Source: Bacteroidales bacterium
GTDB taxonomy: Bacteria > Bacteroidota > Bacteroidia > Bacteroidales > VadinHA17
NCBI GenBank assembly: GCA_041303415.1
Contig: JBFYPG010000021.1
Location: 6,532 to 70,531, forward strand
Length of the DNA: 64,000 bases
Direction of reading: 5' to 3'
A model generated the notes under the pieces. It had not been told where the DNA came from. It saw nothing but the letters and a program-made list of their open reading frames with translations, and searched no databases. Below are positions 35,622-44,375 of the stretch, piece by piece. The position numbers and the translations under genes were made by a program. Every line of letters starts with the position of its first letter. Position 1 is the stretch's first letter.

Positions 35622-36875
35622 ATGATATTAGGTTTTTCAACGGTCGTAACAACCCTGCTGAGCATAGTTGTCTTTCTTATTATAATTCTGCTGCTGGTCG
35701 TGATACTCCTCATTGCCAGGGATAAGCTCTCCCCCAAAGGGGATGTGACCCTGCAGATCAATGACCGGGAGGTGGTGGTATCCCCGGGGTCCAACCTGCT
35801 GATGACGCTCTCCTCGAACCAGATCTTTCTGCCCTCGGCATGCGGAGGCGGAGGTACCTGCGGCATGTGTAAATGCCAGATTCTTGAGGGGGGTGGATCA
35901 ATTCTCCCGACCGAAACGGGTTTCTTTACACGGAAGGAACAGAACGATCACTGGAGACTTGGCTGCCAGGTTAAAGTAAGGGAGCCGATGAAGATCAAAG
36001 TCCCCGAATCGGTGCTGGGAATCAGGAAATGGCAGTGTGAGGTTGTGTTAAACAGAAACGTGGCAACGTTCATAAAGGAATTTGTGGTGAAACTGCCTGA
36101 GGGAGAGGAGCTTAACTTTGAACCTGGAGGTTACATCCAGATCGATGTGCCGAAATACGATACAAGCTTCAGGGATTTTGCTATTGAAGAAGAATTCAGG
36201 GGCGACTGGGATGCCTACAAAATGTGGGATCTTTCAATAAAGAATTCTGAAGAGACATTCAGAGCTTATTCAATGGCCAACTATCCTGCTGAGAAGAACC
36301 TTATTAAACTCAACATAAGAATAGCCACTCCGCCATGGGATAACCTGAAAAAACAATTCAGGAACGTACCGCCGGGGATATGCTCATCATATATTTTCTC
36401 AAGGAAACAGGGAGATAAGGTTTCAATTTCAGGCCCTTATGGCGAGTTCCATATTAAGAATACAAGTAGCGAAATGATATATATTGGCGGCGGCGCCGGT
36501 ATGGCCCCTCTGAGATCGCATATATTCCACCTGTTCCATACCCTGAAGACGAACCGCAAAATTTCATACTGGTATGGTGCAAGATCGCTCAGGGAGGTGT
36601 TCTATGAAGATGAGTTCAGGGAAATAGAGAAAAAATTCCCGAACTTCAAATTCAATCTTGCCCTCTCAGAAGCTTGTCCTGAGGATAACTGGAAAGGTTA
36701 CAAAGGATTCATCCACCAGGTACTGCTTGATAACTATCTCAGTAAACGTGATGATCCTGAAGATATTGAGTATTATTTCTGTGGTCCGCCCCAGATGAAT
36801 AACGCCGTTGTAAAAATGCTTGATAACCTTGGCGTCCCGCAGGAGAATATTTCATTTGATGATTTCGGGGTGTGA
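35622..36875 (+). CDS. nqrF: Na+-NQR subunit F (2Fe-2S, FAD, NADH binding)
   Basis: N-terminal TM helix, ferredoxin motif [15 protein letters not shown] motif RAYSMAN, and NADH-site block GGGAGMAP. Confidence 0.9.
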   Translation: MILGFSTVVTTLLSIVVFLIIILLLVVILLIARDKLSPKGDVTLQINDREVVVSPGSNLLMTLSSNQIFLPSACGGGGTCGMCKCQILEGGGSILPTETGFFTRKEQNDHWRLGCQVKVREPMKIKVPESVLGIRKWQCEVVLNRNVATFIKEFVVKLPEGEELNFEPGGYIQIDVPKYDTSFRDFAIEEEFRGDWDAYKMWDLSIKNSEETFRAYSMANYPAEKNLIKLNIRIATPPWDNLKKQFRNVPPGICSSYIFSRKQGDKVSISGPYGEFHIKNTSSEMIYIGGGAGMAPLRSHIFHLFHTLKTNRKISYWYGARSLREVFYEDEFREIEKKFPNFKFNLALSEACPEDNWKGYKGFIHQVLLDNYLSKRDDPEDIEYYFCGPPQMNNAVVKMLDNLGVPQENISFDDFGV

Positions 36876-36879
36876 ATAC

Positions 36880-36899
36880 CCGTCGGTTTAAACCGACGG
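36880..36899 (+). other. GC-rich stem-loop between nqrF and apbE (attenuator or processing-site candidate; not a canonical terminator)
   Basis: CCGTCGG-tttaaa-CCGACGG starts 5 nt after the nqrF stop. No T-run follows. Confidence 0.3.
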
Positions 36900-36932
36900 T
36901 AATTGAGTTAACTTTAGCACAGATTCTGGTCA

Positions 36933-37946
36933 ATGGGTAACAGAGGTTTACTATTTTCTTTCTTCTTCTTTCTGTTTTTTACCTCATGCAGGAACGCTGA
37001 TCCCGGTTTCTCAAACTTTAACGGATTTGCACAGGGTACAACCTACAGTGTCGTATTTGAAAACTCTCAAAGGATAAATCTTACAGACCTGAGGACTGAA
37101 GTTGAGAAGATCCTTCGCGATTTCGACATGTCGCTGTCACTTTATCAGGATTCGTCAGTTCTTTCCAGGATAAACCGCAACGAAAGTGTGAGGCCGGATT
37201 CTTACTTCATTGAAGCCTTGAGCTTTTCAAAGAAGATATCAGCGATCACTGGCGGAGCATTTGATCTGACAGTGGGCCCGCTGGTGAAAGCCTGGGGTTT
37301 CGGACCTGATGCTTCAAGGAACTTTACAGAATCAATGCGCGATTCCCTTTTAAGCCTGGTAGGGATGGATAAAGTTGAGATCAGGGATGGGATACTTTTT
37401 AAGTCCGATCCGCGCATAAACCTTGATTTCAATGCCATTGCACAGGGATACTCGGTTGATGTGATTTGCAGATATTTCGACAGCGTTGGAATGAAACGCT
37501 ACCTGGTGGAAATAGGAGGCGAGGTAAGGGTAAGAGGTGACAAGAGGGGCGTGCTCTGGAGGATTGGCATCGACCGACCCGTTGATAACAACATGTCGCC
37601 GGGTGAAGACTTGCAGGCAATCATCAGTCTTAAGGACAGAGCCCTGGCAACCTCCGGCAATTACAGGAAATTTTATGTTGAGAACGGGATCAAGTATTCA
37701 CATACCATTGATCCCAAAACCGGATATCCGGCAAGGAACCAGTTGCTTAGCGCGACAATTCTGGCCGGCGATTGCGCCACGGCAGACGCAGTTGCCACAG
37801 CCTGCATGGTGATGGGAAAGGAAAAGGCAGTAGATTTTCTTAATCTGCATAATGAGTTTGATGCATACCTCATCTACTCTGACGATCAGGGCAGCTTCAG
37901 AACCTGGGCTACAAAAAATCTGGAAGAGTATATTTCGGCACCTTGA
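36933..37946 (+). CDS. apbE: FAD:protein FMN transferase (flavin transferase for NqrB/NqrC)
   Basis: Lipoprotein-type signal (LFFTSC). Blocks GGAFDLTVGPL, FNAIAQGY, GGE and TSGNYRKF..........HTIDP.TG. Sits directly after the nqr operon. Confidence 0.85.
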   Translation: MGNRGLLFSFFFFLFFTSCRNADPGFSNFNGFAQGTTYSVVFENSQRINLTDLRTEVEKILRDFDMSLSLYQDSSVLSRINRNESVRPDSYFIEALSFSKKISAITGGAFDLTVGPLVKAWGFGPDASRNFTESMRDSLLSLVGMDKVEIRDGILFKSDPRINLDFNAIAQGYSVDVICRYFDSVGMKRYLVEIGGEVRVRGDKRGVLWRIGIDRPVDNNMSPGEDLQAIISLKDRALATSGNYRKFYVENGIKYSHTIDPKTGYPARNQLLSATILAGDCATADAVATACMVMGKEKAVDFLNLHNEFDAYLIYSDDQGSFRTWATKNLEEYISAP

Positions 37947-37953
37947 GAATCTT

Positions 37954-38048
37954 AACCACGGGGTAACACGGAGTTCGACACGGTGTTACACTGTTTCTAA
38001 TACCGTGTAACTCTGATTAACTCTGAGCAACTCCGTGGTTTATTTTTT
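37954..38048. repeat. Imperfect inverted repeat with ~10-nt-periodic arms plus a T-run; likely apbE terminator, overlapping the 3' end of the convergent small ORF
   Basis: The left arm (37954-37991) is aaccacgggg/taacacggag/ttcgacacgg/tgttacac. The right arm (38005-38040) is gtgtaactct/gattaactct/gagcaactcc/gtggtt. The arm ends AACCACGG and GTTACAC pair perfectly. T6 lies at 38043-38048. Confidence 0.7.
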
Positions 38049-38262
38049 CTCCGCATGTATTACACCCCTCAAGATTATCTCCGGGATTGCATCCGATATC
38101 AGTCTTCTGTGCACATGTTATCCCCCTTTTCCTCATTTCTTTATTATGACCCACGTGTGTATCAGGGAACTTCCCGCCGGGTTTGAGAAGCATCCGGATG
38201 CCGAGAAATGCAAAGGCAACAGCCAGCAAAACAATGCTTATTATGAGAAGTTTGATTATCAT
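38017..38262 (-). CDS. Small membrane protein (81 aa): one N-terminal TM helix + four-cysteine tail
   Basis: MIIKLLIISIVLLAVAFAFLGI is followed by ...ITCAQ..IGCNP....GCNTCGE. The gene is convergent with apbE and is the only gene between nqr-apbE and the E1 gene. A possible NqrM-like role is inference only. Confidence 0.5.
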   Translation of the reverse strand: MIIKLLIISIVLLAVAFAFLGIRMLLKPGGKFPDTHVGHNKEMRKRGITCAQKTDIGCNPGDNLEGCNTCGEKINHGVAQS

Positions 38263-38299
38263 TCTTGTTTCAGTTTTATTTTAAATACCCCCTTTCTGA

Positions 38300-38348
38300 T
38301 TTCCCCCAAGGGGGAAAGTTTAAACACTCCTTCCCCCCTGGGGGAAGG
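38300..38348. repeat. Two GC-rich perfect palindromes in a divergent intergenic region
   Basis: TTTCCCCC-aa-GGGGGAAA (38300-38317) and CCTTCCCCC-ct-GGGGGAAGG (38329-38348). Confidence 0.8.
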
Positions 38349-38468
38349 CCGGGATGGGGGTATTGTTGCAAATATATAACTCATTTTGCCTCTTTCAATT
38401 AAACAACTGTATCAAATATTTGTTTATTGTTCAGGAACTGAAATTGAATAATATGCAGACAGGTATAT

Positions 38469-40925
38469 ATGAAGCAAACCTACACATTATCAGATAAATA
38501 TATGAACAAGGAAAACATCCTTGCCGATTTCAGGCTGGCAAACCTGAGCCGCAGCCTCAGTATCATCGGTCGCCGTGAAGTGTTGTCGGGAAAGGCAAAA
38601 TTCGGCATATTCGGCGACGGCAAGGAGATTATCCAGCTGGCAATGGCCAAACAATTCAGGAATGGAGACTGGAGATCGGGGTATTACAGGGACCAGACAT
38701 GGATGATGGCAATGGGGCTCTACGGTTCAGTGGAGTTTTTTCACCAGCTTTATGGTAATACCGACCGGGAAATCAACCCGGGGAGCGGTGGGCGGGTATT
38801 CAATAACCATTTTTCAGTTCCGAACATCAACCCTGACGGTACGTGGCGCGACCTGACAAAACAGAAAAACTCATCATCTGACATATCCCCTACAGCCGGG
38901 CAGATGCCAAGACTGCTGGGGCTTGCCTACGCTTCAAAGCTGTTCCGCCAGAACAAGGATCTCCATCAGTTTAAGACATTATCGATAAAAGGGAACGAAG
39001 TGGCTTTCGGTTCAATCGGAGATGCCAGCACCTCTGAAGGTCATTTCTGGGAGACAATGAATGCTGCAGGCGTTCTTCAGGTTCCGATGGCTGTCTCTGT
39101 ATATGATGACGGGTACGGAATATCAGTCCCGAAAAAATACCAGACCACGAAGGGAAGCATTTCCGATATTCTGAAGGGATTTGAAAGGGAGAATGACCGT
39201 CCGGGCATTATTATATATAAAGGTAAAGGGTGGGATTACCCCGGCCTGATTAAATTGTACGAGGAAGGCATTGAAATCTGCCGCAGGGATCATGTGCCTG
39301 TCCTGTTTCATATTGAAGAGGTTACCCAGCCGCTGGGTCATTCAACCTCGGGTTCTCATGAAAGGTATAAATCAGAAGAGAGGCTGAAGTGGGAGGAGGA
39401 ATATGACCCGATAAGAAAGATGAGGGAGTGGATCATTGACCAGAAGATAGCAACATCTGAAGAGCTTGACAGGGTGGCATCTGAAGCAGAAGAAGAGGCA
39501 AAAGAATCAAGAAAGAAAGCATGGGATATGTTCCAGGCACCGATAAGGATTGAGCGCGACGCCCTTGTTAAAATAATCAGGAGCCGCAGCTGTTCCTGCC
39601 ATGAAGATGTAAAGGAAGCCACAGTAAATGACATCACGGAGGAGCTGACAAAAGTGATATCGCCTATCCGTAAGGATAACTTCATGGCTGCCAGGAAGAT
39701 ACTGAGGAATGTATGTGAAACCTGCAACAAAGCTGATAATCTGAAAGAGGAGCTTCATGGCTGGCTGAGACGCAATTACCAGGATGCATCAGTTAGCTAC
39801 AACACTTTTCTTTATAACGAAACTACTTCATCGGTAATGAATGTAAAACCGGTTCCTCCTGTCTGGTCGGAAAGCTCTCCGGAAGTCCCCGGAAGACAGA
39901 TACTCAGGGATAATTATGATAAGCTGTTCTCAAAATACCCTCTTCTGGTAACATTCGGTGAGGATACAGGCGGCATTGGCGGTGTCAACCAGTCACTTGA
40001 GGGATTGCAGAAGAAATTCGGCGAGCTCAGGATAACCGATACGGGGATACGCGAGGCCACCATCCTTGGCCAGGGAATTGGTCTTGCCCTCAGGGGAATG
40101 AGACCAATAGCTGAGATACAATACCTTGATTATCTGATGTATGCAATTCAGGTTCTAAGCGACGACCTGGCAACAACCCATTACAGGACAGCCGGAAAAA
40201 TGATAGCCCCGCTTATAATTTCAACAAGAGGGCACAGGCTCGAGGGTATATGGCATTCGGGATCGCCAATGAGCATGCTTGTAAATTCTGTAAGAGGTGT
40301 TTTTGTGTGTGTGCCAAGGGATATGACCAGGGCGGCCGGGTTCTATAACACGCTTCTTGAGGGAAGTGATCCCGCAATTGTGGTAGAACCTCTGAACGGA
40401 TACAGACTCAAGGAAAAAATGCCTGACAATATTGGTGAATTCAGGATGCCGCTTGGCGTTCCCGAGATCCTGAGCCTGGGAACAGATCTCACGCTTGTTA
40501 CCTATGGTTCAACAGTCAGGATAGCCCAGGAAGCCATAAGGCAGCTTGCCGACCATGGCATTTCAGTGGAACTGATCGATGTCCAGACGCTGGTTCCTTT
40601 TGATACGGGAAAAACAATTCTTGAATCACTGAAAAAGACCAGCAGGGTGCTTTTCCTTGATGAGGATGTTCCCGGAGGAACAACTGCCTTTATGATGCAG
40701 GAGGTTCTTGAGAGACAGGGAGGCTGGAACTTCCTTGATTCTCCTCCAAGAACACTCACCGGTAAGGAGCATCGTCCGGCATATACGACCGATGGCGACT
40801 ACTTCTCCAAGCCGAGCGCCGAGGATATCTTCGATGCAGTGTATGAAATGATGAGGGAAGCGGGTTATGACCCTATTATCCTCAGCAACTCAGTCGCTGC
40901 CTCTCCCGGACCCGAAGTTTCATAA
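38469..40925 (+). CDS. Fused E1 alpha/beta component of a 2-oxoacid (branched-chain/pyruvate-type) dehydrogenase, TPP-dependent
   Basis: 818 aa. The N-terminal half is E1-alpha-like (GSIGDASTSEGHFWE). The C-terminal half is E1-beta/transketolase-like (FGEDTGGIGGVN......D.GI.E...G.G.GLA..G.RPI.EIQ). Confidence 0.8.
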   Translation: MKQTYTLSDKYMNKENILADFRLANLSRSLSIIGRREVLSGKAKFGIFGDGKEIIQLAMAKQFRNGDWRSGYYRDQTWMMAMGLYGSVEFFHQLYGNTDREINPGSGGRVFNNHFSVPNINPDGTWRDLTKQKNSSSDISPTAGQMPRLLGLAYASKLFRQNKDLHQFKTLSIKGNEVAFGSIGDASTSEGHFWETMNAAGVLQVPMAVSVYDDGYGISVPKKYQTTKGSISDILKGFERENDRPGIIIYKGKGWDYPGLIKLYEEGIEICRRDHVPVLFHIEEVTQPLGHSTSGSHERYKSEERLKWEEEYDPIRKMREWIIDQKIATSEELDRVASEAEEEAKESRKKAWDMFQAPIRIERDALVKIIRSRSCSCHEDVKEATVNDITEELTKVISPIRKDNFMAARKILRNVCETCNKADNLKEELHGWLRRNYQDASVSYNTFLYNETTSSVMNVKPVPPVWSESSPEVPGRQILRDNYDKLFSKYPLLVTFGEDTGGIGGVNQSLEGLQKKFGELRITDTGIREATILGQGIGLALRGMRPIAEIQYLDYLMYAIQVLSDDLATTHYRTAGKMIAPLIISTRGHRLEGIWHSGSPMSMLVNSVRGVFVCVPRDMTRAAGFYNTLLEGSDPAIVVEPLNGYRLKEKMPDNIGEFRMPLGVPEILSLGTDLTLVTYGSTVRIAQEAIRQLADHGISVELIDVQTLVPFDTGKTILESLKKTSRVLFLDEDVPGGTTAFMMQEVLERQGGWNFLDSPPRTLTGKEHRPAYTTDGDYFSKPSAEDIFDAVYEMMREAGYDPIILSNSVAASPGPEVS

Positions 40926-42619
40926 CCGCTTATTCCAAGCCTTGTCCGCATCTGACCGACAAACACATTGTTCCTGAAGAATGATGCGAAATACTCTTCT
41001 GCAATTCTTTCATGGAGATCCCTGTATTCTGGGGGGCCGAAAATATTTGCGAAATATGAATTGACAAGGCCGCTCGAAGTGGTTGTTCCCTTGCTCATTA
41101 CGGCTCCTTCACGAAATACCTTCAGAGCTTCGCCTGCTGATGAAAACCTTTCGATAACAGGATGTTCATTGTCAATCTGCTCATAATTATTTGCATAGAG
41201 GATATAGTCAATCCTGTGTCCCCTGATCACGTTTTCAAATGAGGTCACAGGGAGCACTATCCTTGAATTGACCTGGCTGGGATTCATTATTATTGATCTG
41301 TCGAGATGTCCGAAAGCATATCCGGGTTGAAGGTCATCAAGCCTGAGGAAAGCACCGGTCTCGGTACCGTAGCCAATAGGGTTCCCATCCGCATCCAGCT
41401 CTATGGATCCCATATCATCGGCAATGATTGTGAGCTCACGGATCTGCCTGTCGCCAAGTACGCGGAATGCTTCAAGAGTCTCAGATTTTCCTGCACCTGT
41501 ATCTCCGATCATGAGAACCGTAGCCTCCATGTCACCCTGGAGCATTATCCTGACCATTGCTCCATGGAACGGCAACCTGCCTGCTTTGATCATTATTGAA
41601 TTATGCAGGGTTAGGATCATTTTTTTCAGGTAACCGAAGTACCCGAATTCCTGATTGCGGGGAATGGCCCCGACAAGGATTCCATTAGTTTCATCTTCAC
41701 AGAACACCGTAGAATAATCTGAGAGACCATCAAGAACCTTTTCATGAATTCCGTAAATAAAGATCGCATCCGGTTTCTTTTCCAGCTCTGAATCACTAGC
41801 CAGCTGGAAAAGATTGCACATCGAAAGTCCAAGCTCAAGGAATGTCAGGTGAACATAAACCATTATCAGAAGCTTTCCTGCTTTTACTGGGTAGCAAAGC
41901 CAGTCGGCAGGATCAACCTGAACCAGGTCGACAGGATTCCGGACGATCCGTTTGAAATGCCCGGTGCGCTTGTTCATAGGCTGCTGAATCACAAGCGGTG
42001 GATAGATCAGAACCTGCCTGATCACAGGGATTGAATTCAGCTTATGGTACCTGGCGTCAGGATAAGGAATATCTTTTGGAAGGGATATTACTGCCATTTC
42101 GGCTCCGGCCATGACCTGCCTGTAGACATTCGGATGGCTCCCGGTAATGTTCTCCTGGATGTGCCTGTAAACCATCCTGATCAGGTGAGTGAGGTGTTCA
42201 ATAGTCTCATTGAATGTGCGATAGGGCCGCTTATCGAGCCGGTCACCCTCAGAATCATTTATTATGAAGCGGTCGAAATGCCTCCAGTAGTCGTAAAGGT
42301 ATTCGACAAAACTGTTAAGAAGCTGAAGGTTCCTTACAAAACCTGAAGAGCGGCCGTAAATATGGGGAACGACTCCTGCTTCATATTTGAAGAGCAGCGT
42401 GAGGGTTTTAACGAGTTCAGATACTTCCGGGTAACCTGATACTCCATCCTGAAATATGTTCATCAGGGGAGACCGCTTCGACCTCAGATGGTCAAGACAG
42501 TGGTCCAGCACCATCCTGAACTTTTCGCTTTCCAGCAGTTCTTCAGCTGTTTCGCACATCCTCTCACGGTTGTGAAGGATTGCTTTATTACCGATTATCC
42601 TGAGCAGGCTTTTTTGCAT
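40865..42619 (-). CDS. Protein with a C-terminal HPr kinase/phosphorylase-like (PEPCK-fold) P-loop domain and a ~350-aa N-terminal domain of unknown function
   Basis: The block FHGAMVRIMLQGDMEATVLMIGDTGAGKSETLEAFRVLGDRQIRELTIIADD matches the HprK/P signature H-G...G..(V/L)LI.G.SG.GKSE.ALEL......L(V/I)ADD. Confidence 0.5.
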   Translation of the reverse strand: MQKSLLRIIGNKAILHNRERMCETAEELLESEKFRMVLDHCLDHLRSKRSPLMNIFQDGVSGYPEVSELVKTLTLLFKYEAGVVPHIYGRSSGFVRNLQLLNSFVEYLYDYWRHFDRFIINDSEGDRLDKRPYRTFNETIEHLTHLIRMVYRHIQENITGSHPNVYRQVMAGAEMAVISLPKDIPYPDARYHKLNSIPVIRQVLIYPPLVIQQPMNKRTGHFKRIVRNPVDLVQVDPADWLCYPVKAGKLLIMVYVHLTFLELGLSMCNLFQLASDSELEKKPDAIFIYGIHEKVLDGLSDYSTVFCEDETNGILVGAIPRNQEFGYFGYLKKMILTLHNSIMIKAGRLPFHGAMVRIMLQGDMEATVLMIGDTGAGKSETLEAFRVLGDRQIRELTIIADDMGSIELDADGNPIGYGTETGAFLRLDDLQPGYAFGHLDRSIIMNPSQVNSRIVLPVTSFENVIRGHRIDYILYANNYEQIDNEHPVIERFSSAGEALKVFREGAVMSKGTTTSSGLVNSYFANIFGPPEYRDLHERIAEEYFASFFRNNVFVGQMRTRLGISGYETSGPGEAATELLRIIGS

Positions 42620-42776
42620 AACGATTTACAAATCCGGGCAAAAATATGATAATAATTAATTTACTTTCGGAAATTGCTTAATTATTTATACAATATTTTT
42701 CAATACTTTTATCAATTGAAAGGGCATTGTTATTGAAGGGGGACTTTAATTAAAAAATTGTAAATTGCCATCGCTT

Positions 42777-43367
42777 ATGAAACCAGAGCTTGACCTGTTT
42801 ACAATACTGCCCGAGGACAAAATACCGGAGAAGGGAAAGATACTGATATCCGAACCTTTTCTCCCTGATACTTTTTTCAACCGCACGATTGTCTATCTGG
42901 CTGACCATAATGCAGAAGGGTCTGTCGGGTTCATCCTCAATAAAAAGCTGGAAATAAAAGTATGCGATGCCATTTCCGGATTTGACAGCTGGCAGGAATA
43001 CCTGAGCATGGGAGGACCAGTGGCTCCGGATACCCTTCACTACCTCCACGACCTCGGCGATAAGATCCCCAAAAGCGTCCTGGTTGATGAGAACATTTAC
43101 TGGGGCGGCGATATTGACTTTATCAGGGGGCTTATCAGTAAAGGAAAACTGGACAATACACAGATAAGGTTTTTCCTTGGTTATTCCGGCTGGTCGGCCG
43201 GACAGCTCGAACGCGAGCTTAAGGAGAACTCATGGGTTATTGCAAAAGTAAAAACAGATATTGTTCTGAATAATCCGGTCGATAATACCTGGAAAAAAGT
43301 TCTCAGGGGACTGAATAACAAATACCGGATGTGGGCCGATTTTCCGGAGTCGCCGGATATGAACTAG
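42777..43367 (+). CDS. yqgE: YqgE/AlgH-family protein (UPF0301)
   Basis: Blocks GKILISEPFL.D..F.RTIVYL..HN.EGS.GFILNK, GGPV, YWGG and GYSGWS.GQLE.EL...SW. ATG at 42777 preferred over the TTG at 42765. Confidence 0.8.
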   Translation: MKPELDLFTILPEDKIPEKGKILISEPFLPDTFFNRTIVYLADHNAEGSVGFILNKKLEIKVCDAISGFDSWQEYLSMGGPVAPDTLHYLHDLGDKIPKSVLVDENIYWGGDIDFIRGLISKGKLDNTQIRFFLGYSGWSAGQLERELKENSWVIAKVKTDIVLNNPVDNTWKKVLRGLNNKYRMWADFPESPDMN

Positions 43368-44374
43368 AGGTGTAATATTTTAAATACCAGTTCTTTAAGC
43401 AAGTCGCCTGGTTCGCTGCTGAGATCGCCGAAGCCTTTCGATTTCATGTCATAAGTCCTTAACAGGCTGATGATCTGTACCGTTTTTGAAACGTTGTACT
43501 TTGATGCGGCAGCCTCGTATTCCCTGACGAAATATGGATTGATCTTGAGCGAGGCAGCCACATTGTTCTTTGATTTATCGGGCAGGTAATGATACGTGAG
43601 CAGCTTGCTGAAGTAGCTGAACAGCGAGGCGATAGAAAGGGTTATCGGATTATCCTTCGGATTTTCAGCGAAATGATGAACTATCATGTTGGCCTTCAAT
43701 ATGTTCCTTTCCCCTACAGCTTTCTGAAGTTCAAAATTATTGTAGTCCTTGCTTATGCCGATATTCTTTTCAATGAGCGAGGTGGTTATTACCGGTTTCC
43801 CTGCGGGAAGGGTAATTATCAGTTTCTTTAGCTCGTTTGCTATTTTATGAAGATCTGTTCCGAGGTACTCAGTAAGCATGGCGCTGGCATTCGGGTCGGT
43901 TTTTATCCCCTGGGCCATCAGATACCTCTCTATCCATGCCGGGACCTGGTAGTCGCGAAGCCTCGGTGATTCAAAGTAAACAGCCTGCTTCTCAAGGGCT
44001 TTGAAGAATCTTGTCCTCTTATCCAGGTCCTTGTATTTATAATTGATTACAAGGATCGTGGAGAGCAGGGGCTTCTCAAGATAATGTATAAGATCTTCTA
44101 TTTTTTTAAGTGATTGCGCCTCTTTGACAATAATAACCTGGTGGCTCGACATCATCGGGAATTTCCGTGCAGCGTCAATTATTGCAGGAACGGTTGTATC
44201 TTCACCGTACAGGACAACCTGGTTGAAGGATTTTTCGGCTTCTGGCAGTATCTTTTCTTCTATAAAATCAGTTAAGAGGTCGATATAATAGGGCTCCTCT
44301 CCGGCAAAAAAATAAACCGGTTTGAAGATCCTTTTTTTCAGGTCAGATAATATTTCCTCGTATGTGTCTGCCAT
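43364..44374 (-). CDS. holA: DNA polymerase III delta subunit
   Basis: 336 aa. The N-terminal block KPVYFFAGEEPYYID is typical of Bacteroidota HolA, followed by a helical C-terminal half. Confidence 0.8.
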   Translation of the reverse strand: MADTYEEILSDLKKRIFKPVYFFAGEEPYYIDLLTDFIEEKILPEAEKSFNQVVLYGEDTTVPAIIDAARKFPMMSSHQVIIVKEAQSLKKIEDLIHYLEKPLLSTILVINYKYKDLDKRTRFFKALEKQAVYFESPRLRDYQVPAWIERYLMAQGIKTDPNASAMLTEYLGTDLHKIANELKKLIITLPAGKPVITTSLIEKNIGISKDYNNFELQKAVGERNILKANMIVHHFAENPKDNPITLSIASLFSYFSKLLTYHYLPDKSKNNVAASLKINPYFVREYEAAASKYNVSKTVQIISLLRTYDMKSKGFGDLSSEPGDLLKELVFKILHL

Positions 44375-44375
44375 T

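Noticed and set aside
38035-38379. A 114-aa + strand ORF opposite the small membrane protein.
   Set aside because: It is antisense to the TM/4-Cys ORF and runs through the GC-rich palindromes (…SPKGESLNTPSPLGEGRDGG). It has no start context or motif.
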